Part shown: positions 38,190-48,539 of the stretch, in pieces
Layout of the letters: each line of letters begins with the position of its first letter
Numbering within the stretch: the stretch's first letter is position 1
NCBI GenBank assembly: GCA_012960465.1
Contig: DUBF01000166.1
Coordinates: forward strand, 5,284-69,283
Length of the DNA stretch: 64,000 nt
Origin: Rhodospirillales bacterium
GTDB taxonomy: Bacteria; Pseudomonadota; Alphaproteobacteria; Rhodospirillales; UBA2165
Direction: 5' to 3'
The notes under the pieces: generated by a model
The model's database searches: none
Told to the model about the DNA's origin: nothing
Seen by the model: only the letters and a program-made list of their open reading frames with translations
Made by a program: the position numbers and the translations under genes

Positions 38190-39020
38190 TTACTGGCTCA
38201 AGCCGTCAGCTATATCGCGGACCAGGTCGAGCACAGAAACCACGCAGCCATCTTTTATGGTTCCATCTTCATTTAAGTTTTCTGAGATTTTGTTAACAAA
38301 AGCGGAGCCGACGACGACAGCCTCGGCATAATTACCAATTTCTCTCGCTTTTTTTCTTGTGGAAATTCCAAATCCAACAGCTATGGGTAGATCGGTATGA
38401 CACCTTATTTTCTTGATAGCTGTTGCAATATCACCGCTAGCTGCCGACGTCGTGCCAGTAATTCCAGTGACCGAAACATAGTATATAAAACCGCTGGCAT
38501 GTTCGGTTATGATTGGTATACGCAGGCTATCGGTCGTTGGAGCTATTAAATAAATAAAGCTAAGCCCTGCTTTTTTTACAGGCTCGCGCATTTCTGATTC
38601 TTCTGGAGGTAGATCAACAATTATAAATCCATCAACGCCCGATTTTGCAGCATCAGTAACAAAATTTGTGATACCGTATAAATAGATGGGATTAAAATAA
38701 CCCATAAGAATAATGGGTGTATCTTTATCTACTTTGCGAAAGTCACTAACCATCTCTAAAGTAGTAAGCATTAAATTACCATTATTGAGTGAACGTAGGC
38801 TAGAAGCTTGTATTGCGGGGCCATCTGCCATTGGATCTGAAAATGGCATTCCAAGTTCAATAATGTCAGCCCCTGAGCCTGGTAATTTTTTTAAAATTTC
38901 ATTACTTGTTACATTGTTTGGATCACCAGCGGTAATAAAAGTGACCAGGCCGGTTCTGCCTGCTTTCTTTAGATCTTTGAAACGTTTTTCTATACGTTTT
39001 GTACCTGTAAGATTAGCCAT
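38190..39020 (-). CDS. trpA: Tryptophan synthase alpha chain
   Basis: GDP...ADIIELGMPFSDPMADGPAIQ, YVSVTGITG and VGFGIS motifs. Its start abuts the trpB stop. Confidence 0.95.
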   Translation of the reverse strand: MANLTGTKRIEKRFKDLKKAGRTGLVTFITAGDPNNVTSNEILKKLPGSGADIIELGMPFSDPMADGPAIQASSLRSLNNGNLMLTTLEMVSDFRKVDKDTPIILMGYFNPIYLYGITNFVTDAAKSGVDGFIIVDLPPEESEMREPVKKAGLSFIYLIAPTTDSLRIPIITEHASGFIYYVSVTGITGTTSAASGDIATAIKKIRCHTDLPIAVGFGISTRKKAREIGNYAEAVVVGSAFVNKISENLNEDGTIKDGCVVSVLDLVRDIADGLSQ

Positions 39021-40228
39021 TATTTATTTGCTTTTATGTAGGTGGATACAGTATCTATGTCTTTATCGCCCCGTCCGCTCATGTTTAGCACCATTACATG
39101 ATTTTTTGGCAGATCTCCGGCTATTTTCATAGTATGGGCAATTGCATGAGCTGTCTCAAGTGCAGGGATAATTCCTTCGAGCCTTGTACATGTCTGGAAG
39201 GCGTTAATTGCTTCCTTATCGGTGATAGAAACGTACTCGGCTCGTCCAACGTCATGTAACCAAGCATGTTCTGGGCCAATACCCGGATAATCGAGACCTG
39301 CTGAAATAGAGTGTGCATCTGTGATTTGGCCATCATTATTTTGTAATAAGAATGTTCGGTTACCATGAAGGACCCCTGGAACGCCGGCATTTAGTGAGGC
39401 GGCATGTTTACCAGTCTCAATACCTTCGCCCGAGGCTTCAACAGCAATTATCCTAACGTTATCATCTAAGAATGGATAGAACAGTCCCATTGCGTTAGAG
39501 CCGCCGCCAATACATGCTATCAAGCTATCGGGCAGTTTACCTTCGTGCTCTATTATCTGTCCTCGGGTTTCTTCTCCAATAATTGATTGAAAATCGCGTA
39601 CCATGGCGGGATAAGGATGAGGCCCAGCGACGGTACCTATCAAATAATATGTTGTCTCAACATTAGCAACCCAATATCTGAGTGCATCATTCATAGCATC
39701 TTTTAGTGTGCCGGTACCCGAAATTACTGGAATAATGTCAGCGCCCAGCATTTTCATGCGTGACACATTTTGTGATTGCCGTTCAATATCTTTGGATCCC
39801 ATATATATGGTACAGGGTATATCAAATAAGGCGCAGACAGTGGCCGTTGCAACTCCATGCATGCCGGCACCCGTTTCTGCAATTATTCGTTTCTTACCCA
39901 TTTTGCGAGCGAGCAGTATTTGGCCCATGCAATTATTGACTTTATGGGCACCAGTATGGTTCAAATCTTCTCGTTTAAAATAAATTTTAGCACCACCTAG
40001 TTTTTTGGTTAGTCGTTCAGCAAAATAAAGTGGAGAAGGACGGCCAACATAGTTTTTGAGATAACTACGGAGGTCTAACTGAAATGCTTCATCTTTTTTT
40101 GCTTTATTGTATGCATGTTCCACTTCTATGATAAGTGGCATAAGCGTTTCGGCTACATAACGACCGCCGAACATGGCAAAATGACCATTTTCATCTGGCC
40201 CAGCTTTATAGGTGTTTAGTTTGCTCAT
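39020..40228 (-). CDS. trpB: Tryptophan synthase beta chain
   Basis: [11 protein letters not shown], the PLP-lysine motif [11 protein letters not shown], and GGGSNAMG. Confidence 0.97.
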   Translation of the reverse strand: MSKLNTYKAGPDENGHFAMFGGRYVAETLMPLIIEVEHAYNKAKKDEAFQLDLRSYLKNYVGRPSPLYFAERLTKKLGGAKIYFKREDLNHTGAHKVNNCMGQILLARKMGKKRIIAETGAGMHGVATATVCALFDIPCTIYMGSKDIERQSQNVSRMKMLGADIIPVISGTGTLKDAMNDALRYWVANVETTYYLIGTVAGPHPYPAMVRDFQSIIGEETRGQIIEHEGKLPDSLIACIGGGSNAMGLFYPFLDDNVRIIAVEASGEGIETGKHAASLNAGVPGVLHGNRTFLLQNNDGQITDAHSISAGLDYPGIGPEHAWLHDVGRAEYVSITDKEAINAFQTCTRLEGIIPALETAHAIAHTMKIAGDLPKNHVMVLNMSGRGDKDIDTVSTYIKANK

Positions 40229-40302
40229 AACGGTGATGGTTTTACCTGATTGACACGAAAAAGCAATTAGCGTTTATCAATTAATGAATTTCATGCTTTA
40301 GT

Positions 40303-40968
40303 TTAAATGGTCTTAGCAGTGTTTAGGAATTTTTTGATAAGATCGAGATCTTTTATGCCAGGCGCACTTTCCACGCCAGAGGATACATCAAGTGTATTGG
40401 CCCCACTATATTTTACTGCTTCGGTAATATTCTCGGCAATCAGGCCCCCCGCTAGCATCCATGGCAAAGGAACCTCGACATGCTGTAGTAATTTCCAGTC
40501 GAAAGATATAGCATTGCCCCCGGGTAAAGCATCTACCAGGGTCACTGGGGCTTTTGCATCAAATAATAAATGGTCAGCAACATCATAATAGTCTTTGGCA
40601 GATTCTAAGTCTCTGTGCTTAGATAATTTAATGGCTTTTAGAATTGGTAATTCAGTGAATTGTTTTATTTCTGCAACCCTTGAGGGGCTTTCGACACCAT
40701 GAAGTTGGATGAGATCAAGGTCGGTAGCCGTGAGCACATCTTTGATTTCTGAATTTGTTGGATCAACAAAAAGGCCAACCCTCGTTATGTGTTTTGGAAC
40801 GCGGTAAATTAATTGTGTAGCTTTCTCAAGGGTTAGGTTTCGTGGAGACGGTGGATAAAAAACAAAACCAATATATTCTGCGCCGTGTTTAACCGCTATA
40901 TCGACACTTTCTATGCGCTCAACTCCACAAATTTTTACAGAAATCGTCACGTCAATTAATAACCTCAT
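40303..40968 (-). CDS. trpF: Phosphoribosylanthranilate isomerase
   Basis: VKICGV...GAEYIGFVFYPPSPR...QLHG...LAGGL. The ATG at 40968 overlaps the pyrF 3' end by 17 nt. GTG at 40950 is an alternative start. The ORF-track start at 41034 lies inside pyrF and is unlikely. Confidence 0.9.
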   Translation of the reverse strand: MRLLIDVTISVKICGVERIESVDIAVKHGAEYIGFVFYPPSPRNLTLEKATQLIYRVPKHITRVGLFVDPTNSEIKDVLTATDLDLIQLHGVESPSRVAEIKQFTELPILKAIKLSKHRDLESAKDYYDVADHLLFDAKAPVTLVDALPGGNAISFDWKLLQHVEVPLPWMLAGGLIAENITEAVKYSGANTLDVSSGVESAPGIKDLDLIKKFLNTAKTI

Positions 40969-41686
40969 CGATTTCAGATATGATTCTTTTAGCAGCAGAA
41001 ACTGGATCGTTCGCATCGTAGATGGGACGGCCAATCACAAGGTAGTCTGCGCCTCGTTTTATTGCTTCGCCAGGCGTTACTATCCGCTTTTGATCATCTT
41101 TTGTAGCCCAAATTGGACGAATGCCAGGAGTTAAAAGTTTAAAATTTCTATCACAAATTATCCGTAAAGCATCAATTTCCGAAGCCGAACAGACAACACC
41201 ATCAAGGCCGGCTTCCTGACACAAGATAGCTAACCGTTTTACTTGTTCGAGCGCCGTATCGTTAATGCCAGTTTCTTTGAGGTCTTGGTTGTCTATCGAA
41301 GTTAGGACTGTCACTCCCAAGACAAGGGGTGCAGAGGCACCAATTTTATTAGATTCTTCCGCCGCGGCATCACGCGCCGCCATTAACATTGAACGACCGC
41401 CTTGTGCATGGACGTTTAAAATTGCTGGCGCTAGATGAATTGCCGAGCGTACTGCTCCAGCAACTGTATTGGGAATATCGTGGAATTTGAGATCGATAAA
41501 CATCGGGACACCAAGTTCTTTTATTCTTGCAACACCTACTGGACCAAGGGCCGTGAAAAATTCTTTTCCAATCTTAACTCCACCGATTAAACCTTTTAGT
41601 TCCTTAGTAATTTCTATAGCCCATTCAAGGTTGGGGGTATCAAGTGAAATAAAAATATACTCATGAGGAGACTTAACAGATATCAT
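40952..41686 (-). CDS. pyrF: Orotidine-5'-phosphate decarboxylase
   Basis: IFISLD, FIDLKFHDIPNTV and YLVIGRPI motifs. Confidence 0.93.
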   Translation of the reverse strand: MISVKSPHEYIFISLDTPNLEWAIEITKELKGLIGGVKIGKEFFTALGPVGVARIKELGVPMFIDLKFHDIPNTVAGAVRSAIHLAPAILNVHAQGGRSMLMAARDAAAEESNKIGASAPLVLGVTVLTSIDNQDLKETGINDTALEQVKRLAILCQEAGLDGVVCSASEIDALRIICDRNFKLLTPGIRPIWATKDDQKRIVTPGEAIKRGADYLVIGRPIYDANDPVSAAKRIISEIDEVIN

Positions 41687-41756
41687 GACTGACTTTCTCT
41701 ATTAGGCTTTCAGTTTTATTATAAGTGCTTAAAATTAATCAAATAGAAAACAAATT

Positions 41757-42113
41757 TTAGCGTTCTGTATTTATATACTTCCGTTGTTTATCTAGTTCGT
41801 CTATTTTATTTTGTAATGCGGCTAAATCTTTTTCTAGACTAGATGCTCGCCGATTAGCTTTACGGGCTTTGTTTCGACTCGTAGCGGCCGAAAACCAGGC
41901 AATTATCCCGCCAATAGCAAATCCAAAAACACCGGCAGCTAGAACCGGGATGTAGATGGGGGTTTCTTGTTGAACTGGAAGAGGCCAAAAATCAAGGATA
42001 ACTATGCTATGGTTTGATATGGAGAATACAACAACTGTTAGCCCAATCACTAACATAGTAAGCCACGAAAAAAAACGTTTCAATACAGATAACTCCACTT
42101 GGCTCATTTGCAT
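41757..42113 (-). CDS. lapA: LapA-family (DUF1049) inner-membrane protein
   Basis: Two TM helices followed by a coiled-coil tail (LEKDLAALQNKIDELDKQ). Located between ihfB and pyrF, as in many proteobacteria. Start ambiguous (42122, 42113 or 42107). Confidence 0.7.
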   Translation of the reverse strand: MQMSQVELSVLKRFFSWLTMLVIGLTVVVFSISNHSIVILDFWPLPVQQETPIYIPVLAAGVFGFAIGGIIAWFSAATSRNKARKANRRASSLEKDLAALQNKIDELDKQRKYINTER

Positions 42114-42148
42114 GTAACGCAAATATTGAGCAACAAAGTAAATCGGAA

Positions 42149-42430
42149 TTAGTTATCGTTTAGCATATTGCGTAGTTGTTTTCCCGTTTTAAAATAGGGC
42201 ACTCGTTTGGCTGGAACTTGCACAGTTACCCCGGTTCTAGGATTTCGTCCAATGCGGGCATTACGCTGTTTGATAGAGAAAGCACCAAATCCACGCAGTT
42301 CAACGCGATCGCCCCGTGATAATGCAGATGAAATTTCATCGAAAATTGTTGTTATAATTCGCTCCACATCTCTTTGATACAAGTGTGGATTTTGTTCCGT
42401 AACATAAGTAATGAGTTCAGATTTTGTCAT
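42149..42430 (-). CDS. ihfB: Integration host factor subunit beta
   Basis: 93 aa. MTKSELI...[43 protein letters not shown]. Confidence 0.92.
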   Translation of the reverse strand: MTKSELITYVTEQNPHLYQRDVERIITTIFDEISSALSRGDRVELRGFGAFSIKQRNARIGRNPRTGVTVQVPAKRVPYFKTGKQLRNMLNDN

Positions 42431-42480
42431 TGTAGACCTGCCCTCCCCGGCAAAATCGGTAAAGGTAAGTTATAATTCAA

Positions 42481-43386
42481 TCACCGGAGAGCAGGTTGCC
42501 AAAGCGAAACCAAGCCGTCAAGTCTAAGTCTATCAGAAATTGATATTTTTCCAATAAATCTATCTAGTATTTTTTCCATAAAACTACTATCCCGATCGAA
42601 ACTCAATATTCTTAAGGGTAATTGATTGTTTATACTTTTGGTGTTTGAGAGCCAATCTAACGCCTCTTTCTCACCGCCTATAGCATCAATCAGGCCATTT
42701 TTAACAGCTTGACGCCCAGTATAAATACGCCCATCCGCAAGTTGTTTTACCTTCGTTTTATCCATCTTGCGACGTGTAGCAACCATATCGATAAACATAT
42801 TAAATATATCCTCCACAACTAATCGTGTAGCAGACCGGGTATTCTCATTCATAGGTTCCAGTGGGTTGGGTTGGGCTTTGAGGGGCGCACTTTTGATTGC
42901 TTCGGGTTTAATTCCCAGCTTGTTGAGTAACACAGTAATATCTGTTGTTTGAACAATTACACCAATCGAGCCTGTGATACTTGATTGCCGCGCAAATATT
43001 TGGTCTGCTGCAATAGCTGCCATATAGCCAGCTGAAGTTGCTAGATCGCTTATTAGTGCAACAACCGGCTTTTTCCTTGCAACTTCCCGGAGATGAAGAT
43101 AAAGCGTCTCCCCACCAACAACAGTACCACCCGGGCTGTCAATATGAACGATAAGTGCTTTAATTAATTTATCGTTAGCAACCTTTATAAGAGCTTTGGA
43201 CCGATTAGGATCGTCGACAATAATATCAGAGATTTTTAATACGGCAATATGATCACTATTTTTGATACTATCAAAATTTCCTATCAAGAATATTACAAGT
43301 GTTACGGTGGCTAAAATTGCCGAAATCCGCCATATTAAAAGTTTCTTTTTTAGTTGTTTGCGATCAACGATGGCATCTAATTCCAT
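42481..43386 (-). CDS. sppA: Signal peptide peptidase SppA, 36K type (S49)
   Basis: N-terminal TM anchor, IDSPGG, a nucleophile region with SAGYMAA, and GSIGV. Confidence 0.87.
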   Translation of the reverse strand: MELDAIVDRKQLKKKLLIWRISAILATVTLVIFLIGNFDSIKNSDHIAVLKISDIIVDDPNRSKALIKVANDKLIKALIVHIDSPGGTVVGGETLYLHLREVARKKPVVALISDLATSAGYMAAIAADQIFARQSSITGSIGVIVQTTDITVLLNKLGIKPEAIKSAPLKAQPNPLEPMNENTRSATRLVVEDIFNMFIDMVATRRKMDKTKVKQLADGRIYTGRQAVKNGLIDAIGGEKEALDWLSNTKSINNQLPLRILSFDRDSSFMEKILDRFIGKISISDRLRLDGLVSLWQPALR

Positions 43387-43534
43387 AGATTATCCCAAAT
43401 AATTAAAAACACACCAGGGCACCGATTGTGTTTATCGGGGTATTTACTTTTCTCTTCCCTAGTCATGTTAATCAGAAATTATGAACACTAATGATAGTTT
43501 TTTGTCATGTTCTTTCTTGGTAATTACTATTTTT

Positions 43535-45439
43535 TTACCACAGCTTTTTCCCCCTGGTAGTTGTTTTTTTGTCGCTCACTTTTTCAGTTTCTACTTTTTT
43601 CTCAGGTGCGGCTTTCTTTTTAGCTGTAGCTGTTTTTTTCTTATTAGTAGTTGAAGCTTCTACCTTTTTCTTTGCAACAGGTTTTGTTTTGTCTATTGCA
43701 GACTTTGTATCGACGTTCTCTTTGCTAGTATCATTGTGCTCTTTGAATGCTGCGCCCAGAATATCGCCAAGCGAAGCCCCAGCGTCGGAGGACCCAAATT
43801 CGGCCATCGCAATTTTTTCTTCATGCACCTCCCGGGCTTTAATAGAGAGATTTACTTTCCGCGAGGTTTTATCAACCTTTGTAACAAAAGCATCAACAAC
43901 TTCACCAGCCGCAAAGCGATCAGGTCGTTGTTCAGATCGATCTCGAGATAGATCTCCTCGGCGTATGAAACTAGGTATGTCATTATTAACCATAACTTCA
44001 ATACCATTCTCTAAAACTGCCGTAATTTTACATGTGACAATATCCCCTTTTTTCAATTTTAAGATACCACCAGCAACAGGATCTTTTGTTAACTGTTTAA
44101 CACCAAGGCTGATTCGTTCTTTCTCGACGTCAATATCAAGAATCTTTATTTTGATCATATCACCTTTCGTACACTCGGCGATTGCTTCTTCACCAGATTT
44201 AACCCAATCGAGGTCCGACATGTGTACCATTCCATCTATGTCTTCAGTTAGGCCCACAAATAGACCAAATTCTGTGATATTTTTTATTTCGCCTTCAAGT
44301 TCATCGTCAACTTTATGTTTTTCAGTAAAATCAATCCATGGGTTTTTGCTACATTGCTTAAGACCAAGGCTAATTCGTCGCTTAGACGTATCAACCTCTA
44401 AGACCATAACTTCGACCTCCTGACTGGTCGAAATAATTTTTCCAGGGTGGACATTCTTTTTAGTCCAACTCATTTCGGAAATATGGACTAGGCCTTCAAT
44501 TCCAGCTTCTAGTTCAACAAATGCCCCATAATCGGTAATATTTGTTATACGCCCATTGAACTTGGCTTCCAGAGGGTATTTAGCTTCAGCTCCATCCCAA
44601 GGATCAGATTCAAGTTGTTTCATGCCAAGAGAGATGCGCTGACTTTCTGCATTAAAGCGAATAACTTGGACATTGACTGTTTGGCCTACTTGTAATGCTT
44701 CAGAAGGATGATTGATGCGTTTCCATGCAATATCGGTAACATGTAAAAGACCGTCAACCCCACCGAGGTCCACAAAAGCACCATAATCGGTAATATTTTT
44801 TACAATCCCCTCTAGGACTTGGCCTTCAGTTAAGTTAGAGATTAGTTCTGTACGTTCTTCAGCGCGAGTTTCTTCTAAGACTGCGCGGCGGGAAACAACT
44901 ATGTTGCCTCGAGCACGATCCATCTTGAGGATTTGAAATGGCTGCGGGTTTCCCATTAACGGGTTAACGTCACGAACTGGTCGAATGTCGACCTGGCTCC
45001 CAGGTAAAAAGGCTATCGCACCAGAAAGATCAACTGTAAATCCGCCTTTAACGCGGCCAAAAATAATGCCGTTAACCCGCTCTTCTGACTCAAATGCTTT
45101 CTCTAGAACGGTCCAAGATTCTTCACGTCGCGCTTTTTCGCGGCTAAGCATGACTGTTCCATCACGGCCCTCATATCGCTCGACAAAGACGTCTATTTTA
45201 TCACCAACTTTTATGGACGTTTCATCCCCTGGCTCGGAAAACTCTTTTATGGAAATTGCGCCTTCAGATTTTAGACCAACGTCAATGATTACAATATCAT
45301 TTTCGATGGTTAGAATTGTCCCATTTATGACACGTCCCTGGAGGCGATCTTCTTCTTTGAACGACTCCTCTAAAAGATCTGCAAAATTTTCATTTATTGA
45401 AGGGGGTAAAATTTCTTTTGATGAACCTAATTCAGGCAT
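43535..45439 (-). CDS. rpsA: 30S ribosomal protein S1 with a Lys-rich C-terminal extension
   Basis: Six S1 (OB-fold) repeats with recurring G.V..I...GAFV.L..G..GL.H.S motifs. 634 aa. The last ~60 aa are K/T/A-rich. Confidence 0.96.
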   Translation of the reverse strand: MPELGSSKEILPPSINENFADLLEESFKEEDRLQGRVINGTILTIENDIVIIDVGLKSEGAISIKEFSEPGDETSIKVGDKIDVFVERYEGRDGTVMLSREKARREESWTVLEKAFESEERVNGIIFGRVKGGFTVDLSGAIAFLPGSQVDIRPVRDVNPLMGNPQPFQILKMDRARGNIVVSRRAVLEETRAEERTELISNLTEGQVLEGIVKNITDYGAFVDLGGVDGLLHVTDIAWKRINHPSEALQVGQTVNVQVIRFNAESQRISLGMKQLESDPWDGAEAKYPLEAKFNGRITNITDYGAFVELEAGIEGLVHISEMSWTKKNVHPGKIISTSQEVEVMVLEVDTSKRRISLGLKQCSKNPWIDFTEKHKVDDELEGEIKNITEFGLFVGLTEDIDGMVHMSDLDWVKSGEEAIAECTKGDMIKIKILDIDVEKERISLGVKQLTKDPVAGGILKLKKGDIVTCKITAVLENGIEVMVNNDIPSFIRRGDLSRDRSEQRPDRFAAGEVVDAFVTKVDKTSRKVNLSIKAREVHEEKIAMAEFGSSDAGASLGDILGAAFKEHNDTSKENVDTKSAIDKTKPVAKKKVEASTTNKKKTATAKKKAAPEKKVETEKVSDKKTTTRGKKLW

Positions 45440-45602
45440 TTCTGGTATTCCTTATCTTTTTTGTTTACGGGCCGGCTGGTTGATTCCAGCGGTCTTGATT
45501 TAGAAAATTCGCGATCTCTTCTATGAGATCTGTGGGTTAAAATTAAATCCAAGACGCTAGCGAGGTTATATTTTACCTCTTTTGCGTGGATTTTTAGCAG
45601 TA

Positions 45603-46232
45603 TCAAATCTTGAGAGATATAAAATTTAACGCTAAGTTAAAGACAGCGTCTGGATCTAATTTGCTCGTATCCAGTATTTGTGCATCCCGAGCAGGTAGTA
45701 GTGGTGACACTGACCTAATGCTATCTCTCTCGTCGCGATCAATAATATCCCGTAGAATGGCGCTACGTATAGCTTCCTTGCCTCGGTCTTGCAACTCTTT
45801 AAAACGTCTTTCTGCACGTATTTTGGAAGAGGCTGTGATGAACAGTTTAAATTCTGCTTTAGGACAAACTACCGTGCCAATATCGCGGCCATCTAATACT
45901 GCGCCTACCTTGCCATTAGGCGGATTTTTAGCAAAATTACGCTGGAAGTTTAGTAGAGTTTTTCTGACTTCGGGAATTGCGGAAATTTTTGATGCTGCTG
46001 TTCCTATTGCTTCATCGCGAAGCCCGTTCGTATCTAGGTCGTTGAGAGATAAAAATTGGGCGATTTCGATAGCAATTTTATTGTTCTCTGGATCTTTGGT
46101 TTCAAGCACTTTTTTAGCCACAGTTCTATAGATTAGACCTGTATCCAGCCTTGCCAAGTTAAAGTGTTCAGCTAATCTACGACTTAAGGTACCCTTACCA
46201 GCGGCGGCCGGGCCATCAACGGCAATAAGCAT
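45603..46232 (-). CDS. cmk: Cytidylate kinase
   Basis: P-loop IAVDGPAAAGKGTLS, LDTGLIYR and DGRDIGTVV. Confidence 0.94.
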   Translation of the reverse strand: MLIAVDGPAAAGKGTLSRRLAEHFNLARLDTGLIYRTVAKKVLETKDPENNKIAIEIAQFLSLNDLDTNGLRDEAIGTAASKISAIPEVRKTLLNFQRNFAKNPPNGKVGAVLDGRDIGTVVCPKAEFKLFITASSKIRAERRFKELQDRGKEAIRSAILRDIIDRDERDSIRSVSPLLPARDAQILDTSKLDPDAVFNLALNFISLKI

Positions 46233-46234
46233 TA

Positions 46235-47572
46235 TTATTTTAATTCCATATTCGCACCTAATTGGTTCATTAGATTAATAAAGCCAGGGAAGCTTGTTTC
46301 AATCGGGTCGCCATCATCAATGGTAATAGGGTTTTTGCTAACCAGTCCTAAAATTAGATAAGACATTGCAATCCGGTGGTCAAGCCGGCTTGCAATTGTT
46401 GCACCACCGTCTATGGGGTCACCACCTGTTCCGACAATAGTTAAAGAATTTGTGGTCGTTTTTGTCATAACGCCGCAGCTTTTTAGACCTTCGGCCATGG
46501 CTGTTAATCGATCAGATTCTTTAACTCTTAGTTCACCAACCCCTTTAAAAACACTAGTTCCTTGGGCAACGCTCGCGGCGATGCTAAGAATTGGGTATTC
46601 ATCTATCATGCTCGGCACCCTGGTTGCAGGTATAGTTATCCCTTTTAGTTGTTTATATTTTATTTGGATATCGGCAACTTGTTCACTTGAATTTTCTCGC
46701 ACTTTAAGTATTTTGAGATTTGCTCCCATTTCTTTTAAACTATCTAAAAGTCCTGTCCGCAGCGGGTTAATCCCAACGTTCTTAATTTTTAAATTGGAGC
46801 CAGGTGTTATTAGAGCCCCAACAATAAGGAACGCTGCTGATGAAATATCACCCGGAACAATTATTTTGCGTCCAGTTAATTCTGGCTGGCCAACCAGTGT
46901 AATTTTTCGAGAACCATTTCCGATATCCTCTGTACTGAGTTTAGCACCAAAATATGATAACATTCTTTCAGTATGGTCGCGACTGGGTCTAGGCTCAATT
47001 AAAACTGTGTGACCTGGAGCATTTAGGCCTGCTAATAAAACCGCTGACTTAACTTGGGCAGAAGCTACTTTAAGAGTTATATTGTTTGGTAATGCCTGAT
47101 TGGTCCCACTAATTGTGATCGGAAGTTTATCCCCTGCTCTAACCACAAACTGGGCACCAATATTTCTCAAAGGATCTAATACTCGCTGCATTGGACGGGA
47201 GCTTAGTGAAGGATCACCAATTATTGTAGCTGTAATATTGTGACTAGCAATAATACCTATAATTAATCTGGCTGCGGTACCAGAGTTTCCAAGGTCAAGC
47301 ACGTTATTAGGTTCGACTATGCCCCCAATTCCCCGGCCAAATATATGCCATAAATTTCCATCGGGACCGTCTGTTTGTCTTATGTCAGCACCTAATTGTC
47401 GCATAGCTTTAATAGTCGCTTTAACGTCTTCGCTTTCGAGTAAGCCGTGGATGATAGTTTCACCGATAGCTAGTGTTCCAATCATCAGGGCTCGGTGAGA
47501 AATTGACTTATCTCCTGGCACTGTGATTGAACCGTTTAGAGAGTTACTAGGGTTTGAGCAAATTAAAGTCAC
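46235..47572 (-). CDS. aroA: 3-phosphoshikimate 1-carboxyvinyltransferase (EPSP synthase)
   Basis: PGDKSISHRALM, LGNSGTAARL and KESDRL motifs. GTG start. A 2-nt gap separates it from cmk. Confidence 0.95.
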   Translation of the reverse strand: MTLICSNPSNSLNGSITVPGDKSISHRALMIGTLAIGETIIHGLLESEDVKATIKAMRQLGADIRQTDGPDGNLWHIFGRGIGGIVEPNNVLDLGNSGTAARLIIGIIASHNITATIIGDPSLSSRPMQRVLDPLRNIGAQFVVRAGDKLPITISGTNQALPNNITLKVASAQVKSAVLLAGLNAPGHTVLIEPRPSRDHTERMLSYFGAKLSTEDIGNGSRKITLVGQPELTGRKIIVPGDISSAAFLIVGALITPGSNLKIKNVGINPLRTGLLDSLKEMGANLKILKVRENSSEQVADIQIKYKQLKGITIPATRVPSMIDEYPILSIAASVAQGTSVFKGVGELRVKESDRLTAMAEGLKSCGVMTKTTTNSLTIVGTGGDPIDGGATIASRLDHRIAMSYLILGLVSKNPITIDDGDPIETSFPGFINLMNQLGANMELK

Positions 47573-47782
47573 GGAATATCTCCAATATTATAGGCTCTCT
47601 AGCACTTTTGATCAGAGAGTGGTAGACCTCACCGAAAAAACATAAGTAATTATTTATCACTATTGAAATTTTAGATCACTTTATATGAAAGTTGGTTGAC
47701 AGTGGAGTTTGAACATGTCACACGGCCTGCTTTGATTTTGGTTTCTGAAAATTATTTTATTTGAAGTAAAGAGGAGAATAAA

Positions 47783-48208
47783 TTGGCCGTAAAAGATTTG
47801 GGGACAAAGTTGACCTGCCGGAGTTGTGAAGCGAAGTTTTATGATTTGAATAAGAAGAAGCCTGTGTGCCCTAAATGTGATAAAGACTATGTTGCGGTAA
47901 AAACACGAACGCGTAGGGCTGCGGCAAAGTCGGAAAAAACAAATGAAGTAATGGACTCAGAAAAAATCGAAAAACAAAATATTACTGAAACTGTTGCTGT
48001 TGCTGTTGCTGATGCTACTACAGAAGGTGAAAATAGTATATTGTCAGACGACAGTGTGGAAAATATTGATATGCCAGACGTTGAAGAAGCTGAAGAAGCT
48101 GAAGAAGATAATAGTACTTTGATAGAAGATACTTCAGATATTGGCGACGATGACGATGATATAGCCGGTGTGATTGTTAATAGTGATACTTCTCCTGAGA
48201 TCGTTTAG
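47783..48208 (+). CDS. TIGR02300 (FYDLN_acid) family zinc-ribbon protein with an acidic tail
   Basis: TTG start. LGTKLTCRSCEAKFYDLNKKKPVCPKC is the family signature. The acidic C-terminus contains short tandem codon repeats (GTTGCT x3 near 47995; GAAGAAGCT x3 near 48085). Confidence 0.8.
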   Translation: MAVKDLGTKLTCRSCEAKFYDLNKKKPVCPKCDKDYVAVKTRTRRAAAKSEKTNEVMDSEKIEKQNITETVAVAVADATTEGENSILSDDSVENIDMPDVEEAEEAEEDNSTLIEDTSDIGDDDDDIAGVIVNSDTSPEIV

Positions 48209-48224
48209 GCAAAAAATCCATTAA

Positions 48225-48380
48225 TGTTATGGTGGATGGGAGAATGATCTAAAGCACGGTGAAGGTACTGAGTTTTTAGAAACTTGCACTATTTTTGGTA
48301 GATTTGAGAATGGGGGTCCAAACGGACTATGCACTGAGGTTTTACCTGACGGTATTGAGTTTATAGAGTGTAATAATTAG
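48225..48380 (+). pseudogene. Start-less MORN-repeat gene remnant
   Basis: A 51-codon open frame between TAA (48222-48224) and TAG (48378-48380) reads CYGGWENDLKHGEGTEFLETCTIFGRFENGGPNGLCTEVLPDGIEFIECNN, with MORN-like G.W.ND..HGEG and G.F.NG..NG units. It contains no ATG, GTG or TTG codon. Confidence 0.35.
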
Positions 48381-48382
48381 AT

Positions 48383-48478
<96 letters not shown>

Positions 48479-48539
48479 GTATAATGACTACCCGTTAAAA
48501 CAGTCTTGTTACACTGTTGTCACAGCGGGGTTGTTAATT

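Noticed and set aside
40969-41034. Long N-terminal extension of trpF (start at 41034) overlapping pyrF by 83 nt
   Set aside because: The TrpF family begins near VKICG. The extension has no homology-like features, so the ATG at 40968 or the GTG at 40950 is more plausible.
43569-44423. 284-aa plus-strand ORF, along with similar long ORFs at 44985-45503, 45610-46131, 46413-47012, 28282-28776, 38713-39132, 50334-50783 and 52877-53272
   Set aside because: Each lies fully antisense to a gene with strong motif support (rpsA, cmk, aroA, addB, trpA, dctQ/dctP, Mo large subunit). They are S/R/P-rich and low in complexity, with no recognisable motifs. These are typical shadow ORFs.
47991-48110. Short tandem repeats (GTTGCT x3, GAAGAAGCT x3) as a possible VNTR or CRISPR-like element
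   Set aside because: They lie in frame within the acidic low-complexity tail of the TIGR02300 protein. There are only three copies of each and no spacers.
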